A stretch of 64,000 bases of DNA, taken from positions 17,422,001 through 17,486,000 of the forward strand of contig OZ024760.1 in NCBI GenBank assembly GCA_964016885.1, given 5' to 3'. The notes beneath the pieces were generated by a model that had not been told where the DNA came from, made no database searches, and saw only the letters and a list, made by a program, of their open reading frames with translations. A program made the position numbers and the translations under genes. This document shows, in pieces, positions 56,727 to 64,000 of this stretch. This DNA comes from Eledone cirrhosa (Eukaryota). Numbering within the stretch: the stretch's first letter is position 1; each line of letters begins with the position of its first letter.

Positions 56727-56867
56727 TTAATATTCCTTGATATCATCTAGAAACTTTCCAACTTCATCCGATTCCCTGGCTAGCCAGATGGTATTCAGTC
56801 TGATATTTTCACACGACTGTTGAATATTACGGGTTGCAGAAGCAGCTGGATGGGATGCAAAGAATTC
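56727..56867 (-). CDS. NPEPPS: Puromycin-sensitive aminopeptidase, terminal coding exon
   Basis: TTTCAG acceptor; EFFASHPAASATRNIQQSCENIRLNTIWLARES...stop resembles the NPEPPS C-terminus (FFESHPAPSAERTIQQCCENILLN). Confidence 0.92.
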   Translation of the reverse strand, partial: EFFASHPAASATRNIQQSCENIRLNTIWLARESDEVGKFLDDIKEY

Positions 56868-56950
56868 CTGAAAGAACAAAAATAAATAAATGATAAAAGA
56901 CTCTTTCCATACCAAACCACACTTCTTTCTATCTTGCAAAACTGTTTTAA

Positions 56951-57363
56951 CCCCTTAGCATTTAAACCGGCTGTATCCGGTCAGAATTCTTTCCCCTTTT
57001 TTCAAACTGGCTGTAACTAACAGCTCACATTGATGTTAAGATATTGTTCTTACAATAAATAATTGTTTCTACTTTTGGCACAAGGCCAGCAATTACCCAG
57101 TGCATTACCAGTACTTTATTTTATCGACCCCGTAAGGATGAAAGGCAAAGTTAACCTCGGCGGGATTTGAACTCAGAATGGCAAGGGCCGTAACTCTATG
57201 CGTCAAAGCATGGCGTCCGACCCTCTACCGATACTGCCAATCCACGGTTCCATTCTTAAAATAAATAATAACATCAAAATCTTGTAGACTTGAGATTATG
57301 TGACATAAAGCCTTTACCATGAATATACAATAATAAATATAGAGTGATGTAAATGCTAAAGGG
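56951..57363. mobile_element. piggyBac-type MITE interrupted by a SINE (about 57064-57252)
   Basis: TTAA|CCCCTTAGCATTTA ... TAAATGCTAAAGGG|TTAA; the SINE is flanked by TTCTTA(C/A)AATAAATAAT at 57047-57063 and 57253-57269. Confidence 0.8.
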
Positions 57364-58036
57364 TTAATCTGTCGACTGCTGCGTATATTTTACACAGCTA
57401 GTTGCTGGGCTGGGTTTTTTCCTCAGTAAAATGACTATTTTGATTGACAAACGTCACATCAATAAACTATTAACTTCATCTAGTTTTGAAGTTATGAACT
57501 GTTGGAAACAAGTTCATAACTTTGATGTTATGAACTGTTAGAAAAAATTTCAAAATGTTAGGATGAGTTATCTCGTCCGTGGAACTGGAATGCATACATG
57601 TTAGGAGTTATCTCGTCTTTGGCACTGAAGAGATTTTACAGCTGGATGCCCTTCCCAATACCAACCACATTTACAGTATGGATGTGGATGGCTCTGTTAT
57701 GAGGAAGGACAGGCCAGATGGCCACGCTGAACCCGTCTCACAACGGAACCCTAGTTTTTGAGCCAGATCCATCTCACAGCAGAACCATAGTTTTAGAGCC
57801 CAGTACTGGATGGCACCAATATGAGGAGCCTAACCCATCTCATAGAGTAGCCATAGTTTGGGGGCCAGTACTGGATGGCACTGCTATAAGGAAGGATATA
57901 AAAGGCAAACCTAACTTTGGTGGGATTTGAACTCAGAACGTAAAGGACAGAACTCTATGCTGCAAAGCATGGTGTCTGACGCTCTACCAACCTGGTTTTA
58001 TAATAATAATAATAATAAAAATAATAGATTACTTAC

Positions 58037-58084
58037 TTCAACGTCTTTTGCTCGTTTTTCAGATGCGAAATTCTCAGTAGTGAA
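58037..58084 (-). CDS. NPEPPS: NPEPPS exon (48 nt)
   Basis: TTTTTCAG|FTTENFASEKRAKDVE|GTAAGT, phase 0-0; fills the gap between neighbouring exons. Confidence 0.88.
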
Positions 58085-58245
58085 CTGAAAAATGAGAGAA
58101 ATAAGTTGTAATGTTTGTGACCCCAGATCACTGACTACAATAACCCCCTGCCCTTGGTCTCAATATACTAACTACATAACAACATCCAATTAGAATATAA
58201 TGGTGGGGAAAAAAAAAAAAGAGCTGGAAAAAGTGTAAAGCTTAC

Positions 58246-58398
58246 CTTAAGAAGTCTGGCAATGAGAGCCCCACCTTGGTACCTCTCATAGAAAAACTCC
58301 CAGCGATCCTTCACAAATTGCCATGCCATGTGCCTACCTAACGCAGATCCTGTTACACCGGCAATTACAAAAACTGTGTCTTGGCTACGAACTTTGTC
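58246..58398 (-). CDS. NPEPPS: NPEPPS exon (153 nt)
   Basis: CAG|DKVRSQDTVFVIAGVTGSALGRHMAWQFVKDRWEFFYERYQGGALIARLLK|GTAAG. Confidence 0.93.
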
Positions 58399-58813
58399 CT
58401 GAAGAAAGGAAGAAAAAGAAGACATTAACAAGATATTTTTGGGAAGTAGAAAACAGTATTATGACTGCATCACATTAAATATTTCAAGTCTTTCATCATC
58501 ACCGTTTAACGTCCATTTTTCCACACTTACATGGATTAGACGCGTCTTCCACGCTGGGAGGTAAGTCTAGCCAGGGTTGGCCATGTGTCGTACTTTGCTC
58601 CATAAATCTGGCTGTATATTTTACAGCTGGATGCCTTTCCTAACACCAACCATGTCTACACTTTAGTTTAGTACATAAGGATAAACAATAACAGGACAGT
58701 ATCCCTAAGTCACATTTAGCCTGACACCTTAAAATACTGACAAATTATCCAGCTATGGAGATGAGGTGTAGGAGGAGAGAGAAAGGGAAAGCTAAAAAGA
58801 GAAATAAAGAAAG

Positions 58814-58846
<33 letters not shown>

Positions 58847-58878
58847 TAAAGACCACCAGCATGACCATCACTACTTAC

Positions 58879-58986
58879 AGAAATGGCAAATTCGAGGACT
58901 TGAGTGATGAGTTCACTGTCAGTAACTGCTCCAATAGTTCGGCTGATTCGGACCATTTCTTCCTGCATCTGGGCTTTTTCATACAA
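58879..58986 (-). CDS. NPEPPS: NPEPPS exon (108 nt)
   Basis: CAG|LYEKAQMQEEMVRISRTIGAVTDSELITQVLEFAIS|GTAAGT. Confidence 0.92.
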
Positions 58987-59444
58987 CTGAAAAGATGAAG
59001 AAGATGAGCTATTTAACCCTTTAGCATCTACATTACTCTATATTTACAGTAAACAGTTTATCTTAACCCTTTAGCATTTACATTACTCTATATTTACTAT
59101 TGTATATTCACAGTATCTCATATAATATCGAATCTATGAGATGTTGATATCATTTATTTTGAGAACAATACCTTAATGTTGGATGAGCAGCCAGTTATGG
59201 CCGGTTTGAATGCGTCAGTGTGTTGAAAACAATTCTAGTGATATAATAACTTTAGAATGTGTTTTATTAGAAATGTGAGCAGGAAAAGCTTAGTAGTCAG
59301 GTATATTGTGAAAATTTATAAAATTAATTTCAACAACTGTGTTCAGATAAGAAAGAAGGGAGGGAAGGTTTATGCCAGGGACTTGATATACATAGAATAT
59401 AGAAATAAACTGTGTTGCTAGTAATATATATTATATATACTTAC

Positions 59445-59501
59445 CTCCAGCATGGATTTTAATACTTTCTCATCTCCATGGCAGACAACTGTCAGGTAAA
59501 C
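59445..59501 (-). CDS. NPEPPS: NPEPPS exon (57 nt)
   Basis: CAG|VYLTVVCHGDEKVLKSMLE|GTAAGT; compare VYLTVLKHGD in vertebrate NPEPPS. Confidence 0.9.
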
Positions 59502-60391
59502 CTGGTAGAAAAGGAAAATAAATCATTATCACCATCACCACAACCATTGTCATCACATCATCACCATCACTACACCATTGTCATCATCATAACTACCACC
59601 AAATCTTTTCAAATGCGGAACCCTTTTTGGTTCAGAAACTTTTGGAGGAACCCCAAAGTCTAATACTGTTATATGGTCGTAATATAAATATAATCCTCTA
59701 CCGTTTTTCACGGGACCCTAGACACTTCTTTGTGGAAGCCACTTTATCATCATCAACATCATAATAAATAAATGAATAAATCTTTATAAAATTGTCAGCA
59801 GTTGAGAGGCTTACTTATTAGTTATTACATGACTTAAAACCAACCATAGGTATCTTGGAGGTTTTAATGATAAGGACCCCAGTCCTATCATGTTGTTGTT
59901 ACAGTTCACACATATATAGGTTTAACTGACCTACAAGGTTACATCTTACAGTAGGTTTCTCAGGTGTTTTAATGATGAGGGGGGGGGGGCAGTCCTATCG
60001 TGTTGTAGATCAGTTAAAACTATATAGGTGTGAGCTGTTAATAACAACAACATAAGACTTTCATTCTATCATTAGAGCATCTGAGAAACCTCTAGTGAGA
60101 TGTAGCCAATTAGGTCAGAGCTGTAACAACAAGGTTACATCTTACAGATTTCTCAGGTGTTTTAATGATAGGGCCCCCGATCCTATCATAAAAGACAACA
60201 GGAAATGAAGTGTCTTGCTTAGGAACAATGTGCTGTCTGGTCCAGAAATTGAATCCATGACAGTGTGATCCTGAATCAAAAACCCTAACTTCAGGGAAAG
60301 CTCTTTAAATCCCTAACTAACATGAGAATAAAGCAAAGAAGCTATCCTTGACTAACTAGAAAATATGGCAAAGATGTTATCCATGACTTAC

Positions 60392-60534
60392 CGGAGATTT
60401 CAGATCAGCAGGAAGGAGTTTCTCTCCAGAAATATGACCCTGGAATCTTTTACGAGCCTCTTCCAACACAGCTGCATCACCATAACGACCCATACGACAC
60501 AGTACCAGGTCCCTTAATAATGTTGTCAAGTGAT
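60392..60534 (-). CDS. NPEPPS: NPEPPS exon (143 nt)
   Basis: TTTCAG|(D)HLTTLLRDLVLCRMGRYGDAAVLEEARKRFQGHISGEKLLPADLKSP|GTAAGT, phase 1-0. Confidence 0.93.
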
Positions 60535-60637
60535 CTGAAATAAGGAACAATATTTTCAAACTTTAGAAACCCCTGGCCTTTGACTACAGTAGACAGAAAG
60601 ATCTTAAGTAAAGTGTTTAGAAACAATCGACACTAAC

Positions 60638-60857
60638 CCTCTTCCTTGCTGGCTTCCCAGCCGACCTTTCCAGCTATCTTCTTGAACAAGTTCCGTACAA
60701 ACACCTTGTACTGGTCATAGTACTCAGTGTACTGAAGCAGGAGAGCAATGTTTGCCAAGTTCTGTGCCAGGTCATTCCAGACTGTATAGTTGTCTTCATT
60801 CTTGTACGACTGAACAAACTTCAGTACTTCTACAGTGGACACCATACCAGCACGAGA
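60638..60857 (-). CDS. NPEPPS: NPEPPS exon (220 nt); upstream exons lie beyond the window
   Basis: TTTACAG|SRAGMVSTVEVLKFVQSYKNEDNYTVWNDL...GWEASKEE|GTTAGT, phase 0-1; ERAP1-like C-terminal domain. Confidence 0.93.
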
Positions 60858-61045
60858 CTGTAAACAGAGTACAACAAATATTGGAAGGATTTGTGTATGT
60901 ATGTCTGTGTGCATCTGTATGTTTGTGTATGCGTGTGTCTATGTCTGTGTGTGCATATGTGTGTGTTTGTATGCGTGTATATGTCTGTGTGAAACTACTA
61001 CAAATGTCTGGAAACACATCGATCAGTTGACAAGTACTGTTTGCT

Positions 61046-62623
61046 CACTGGTCTATCCAGAGAACACTGGTCTATCCAGTGAACACTGGTCTATCCAGAG
61101 AACACTGGTCTATCTAGTGAACACTGGTCTATCTAGTGAACACTGGTCTATCTAGTGAACACTGGTCTATCTAGTGAACACTGGTCTATCCAGAGAACAC
61201 TGGTCTATCTAGTGAACACTAGTCTATCCAGTAAACACTGACCTATCTAGTGAACACTGGTCTATCTAGTGAACACTAGTCTATCCAGAGAACACTGGTC
61301 TATCTAGTGAACACTAGTCTATCCAGAGAACACTGGTCTATCTAGTGAACACTGGTCTATCTAGTGAACACTAGTCTATCCAGTAAACACTGGTCTATCC
61401 AGAGAACACTGACCTATCCAGTAAACACTGGTCTATCTAGTGAACACTGGTCTATCCAGTAAACACTAGTCTATCCAGAGAACACTGGTCTATCCAGAGA
61501 ACACTGGTCTATCTAGTGAACACTGGTCTATCTAGTGAACACTGGTCTATCTAGTGAACACTAGTCTATCCAGTAAACACTGGTCTATCCAGAGAACACT
61601 GACCTATCCAGTAAACACTGGTCTATCTAGTGAACACTGGTCTATCCAGTAAACACTAGTCTATCCAGAGAACACTGGTCTATCTAGTGAACACTGGTCT
61701 ATCCAGTAAACACTGGTCTATCTAGTGAACACTGGTCTATCTAGTGAACACTAGTCTATCCAGTAAACACTGACCTATCTAGTGAACACTGACCTATCTA
61801 GTGAACACTGGTCTATCCAGTAAACACTGGTCTATCCAGAGAACACTGGTCTATCCAGAGAACACTGGTCTATCCAGAGAACACTGGTCTATCCAGAGAA
61901 CACTGACCTATCTAGTGAACACTGGTCTATCCAGTAAACACTGGTCTATCTAGAGAACACTGGTCTATCTAGTGAACACTGGTCTATCTAGTGAACACTG
62001 GTCTATCTAGTGAACACTAGTCTATCCAGTAAACACTGGTCTATCCAGTAAACACTGACCTATCCAGTAAACACTGGTCTATCTAGTGAACACTGGTCTA
62101 TCCAGAGAACACTGACCTATCCAGTAAACACTGACCTACTAGTGAACACTGGTCTATCCAGAGAACACTGACCTATCCAGTAAACACTGGTCTATCTAGT
62201 GAACACTAGTCTATCCAGAGAACACTGACCTATCCAGAGAACACTGACCTATCCAGTAAACACTGGTCTATCTAGTGAACACTAGTCTATCCAGAGAACA
62301 CTGACCTATCCAGTAAACACTGACCTATCCAGAGAACACTGACCTATCCAGTAAACACTGGTCTATCTAGTGAACACTAGTCTATCCAGTAAACACTGGT
62401 CTATCTAGTGAACACTAGTCTATCCAATAAACACTAGTCTATCTAGTGAACACTGGTCTATCCAGTGAACACTGGTCTATCCAGTGAACACTGGTCTATC
62501 CAGTGAACACTGGTCTATCCAGTGAACACTGGTCTATCTAGTGAACACTGGTCTATCTAGTGAACACTAGTCTATCTAGTGAACACTAGTCTATCTAGTG
62601 AACACTAGTCTATCTAGTGAACA
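61046..62623. repeat. 19-bp intronic minisatellite, about 83 copies
   Basis: Unit CACT(G/A)GTCTATC(C/T)AG(T/A)GAA; no spacers. Confidence 0.95.
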
Positions 62624-62825
62624 TTACTACTGGCCTAACCTATAAATATATCTCCAAACCAGTTAAGTGAAAATATCCAGTGACCATTTTTACATCTAAT
62701 TTAATCTGACTAATTCTCTTCTCATTACATCATTATTCCCACTTCCCATGCCCCCAAAATTGTTGTCTTTGTGCCTAAATCAGAAACAATTGTCATTATA
62801 CTCCTATATTTTTGTCAGTTTCCTC

Positions 62826-64000
62826 TGAGAAAGACATATCTAACTTACCAAGGCAAAGAGATCACACTGTAGGGCCCTTCCCCTGCCCCCATGAGAAAGA
62901 CATATCTAACTTACCAAAGCAAAGAGATCACTCTGTAGGGCCCTTCCCCTGCCCCCATGAGAAAGACATATCTAACTTACCAAAGCAAAGAGATCACTCT
63001 GTAGGGCCCTTCCCCTGCCCCCATGAGAAAGACATATCTAACTTACCAAAGCAAAGAGATCGCTCTGTAGGGCCCTTCCCCTGCCCCCATGAGAAAGACA
63101 TATCTAACTTACCAAAGCAAAGAGATCACTCTGTAGGGCCCTTCCCCTGCCCCCATGAGAAAGACATATCTAACTTACCAAGGCAAAGAGATCACTCTGT
63201 AGGGCCCTTCCCCTGCCCCCATGAGAAAGACATATCTAACTTACCAAAGCAAAGAGATCGCTCTGTAGGGCCCTTCCCCTGCCCCCATGAGAAAGACATA
63301 TCTAACTTACCAAAGCAAAGAGATCACTCTGTAGGGCCCTTCCCCTGCCCCCATGAGAAAGACATATCTAACTTACCAAAGCAAAGAGATCACTCTGTAG
63401 GGCCCTTCCCCTGCCCCCATGAGAAAGACATATCTAACTTACCAAGGCAAAGAGATCACTCTGTAGGGCCCTTCCCCTGCCCCCATGAGAAAGACATATC
63501 TAACTTACCAAAGCAAAGAGATCACTCTGTAGGGCCCTTCCCCTGCCCCCATGAGAAAGACATATCTAACTTACCAAAGCAAAGAGATCACTCTGTAGGG
63601 CCCTTCCCCTGCCCCCATGAGAAAGACATATCTAACTTACCAAGGCAAAGAGATCACTCTGTAGGGCCCTTCCCCTGCCCCCATGAGAAAGACATATCTA
63701 ACTTACCAAAGCAAAGAGATCACTCTGTAGGGCCCTTCCCCTGCCCCCATGAGAAAGACATATCTAACTTACCAAAGCAAAGAGATCACTCTGTAGGGCC
63801 CTCCCCCTGCCCCCATGAGAAAGACATATCTAACTTACCAAAGCAAAGAGATCACTCTGTAGGGCCCTTCCCCTGCCCCCATGAGAAAGACATATCTAAC
63901 TTACCAAAGCAAAGAGATCACTCTGTAGGGCCCTTCCTTGTCCCCATGAGAAAGACATATCTAACTTACCAAGGCAAAGAGATCACTCTGTAGGGCCCTT
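62826..64000 (-). repeat. 66-bp tandem array derived from an NPEPPS exon 3' end plus 5' splice site; 18 visible copies, continues past the window
   Basis: Minus-strand unit TGGGGGCAGGGGAAGGGCC-CTA CAG AGT GAT CTC TTT GCT TTG|GTAAGTTAGATATGTCTTTCTCA. Confidence 0.92.

Noticed and set aside
62812-63993. 393-aa plus-strand ORF of 22-aa repeats
   Set aside because: It is the antisense reading of the 66-bp array and is open only because the unit length is a multiple of 3. It starts at a non-ATG codon, and the meaningful strand is minus.
61046-64000. CRISPR-like interpretation of the 19-bp and 66-bp arrays
   Set aside because: The units are contiguous with no unique spacers, there are no cas genes, and the context is a eukaryotic intron.

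Overview
Eukaryotic animal DNA dominated by (TA)n/(CA)n microsatellites and tRNA-derived SINEs. The repeat content suggests an octopus-like cephalopod (inference). Three protein genes are supported: an intronless RBM25 (minus, 1035-3875), an intronless-CDS ZDHHC22/24-like palmitoyltransferase (plus, 30967-32121), and the last seven coding exons of puromycin-sensitive aminopeptidase NPEPPS (minus, 56727-60857). Nearly all other ORFs in the track are microsatellite artefacts. Two things stand out. (1) The 66-bp tandem array at 62826-64000 is an amplified NPEPPS exon/intron junction: each of 18 visible units carries codons LQSDLFAL, the GTAAGT donor and an in-frame stop. (2) Type I hammerhead-ribozyme motifs and fold-back palindromes sit in (TA)n tracts and look Penelope-like. 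Two of the hammerheads have a stem II extended to about 100 nt, and several palindromes fold just upstream of the GAAAC ribozyme box. Also present are piggyBac-type MITEs with nested insertions, RTE LINE 3' ends, hAT remnants, several minisatellites, candidate ETS-CRE, RFX and CTCF sites, and a 200-N assembly gap. All structures were read by eye; no folding software or database search was run.
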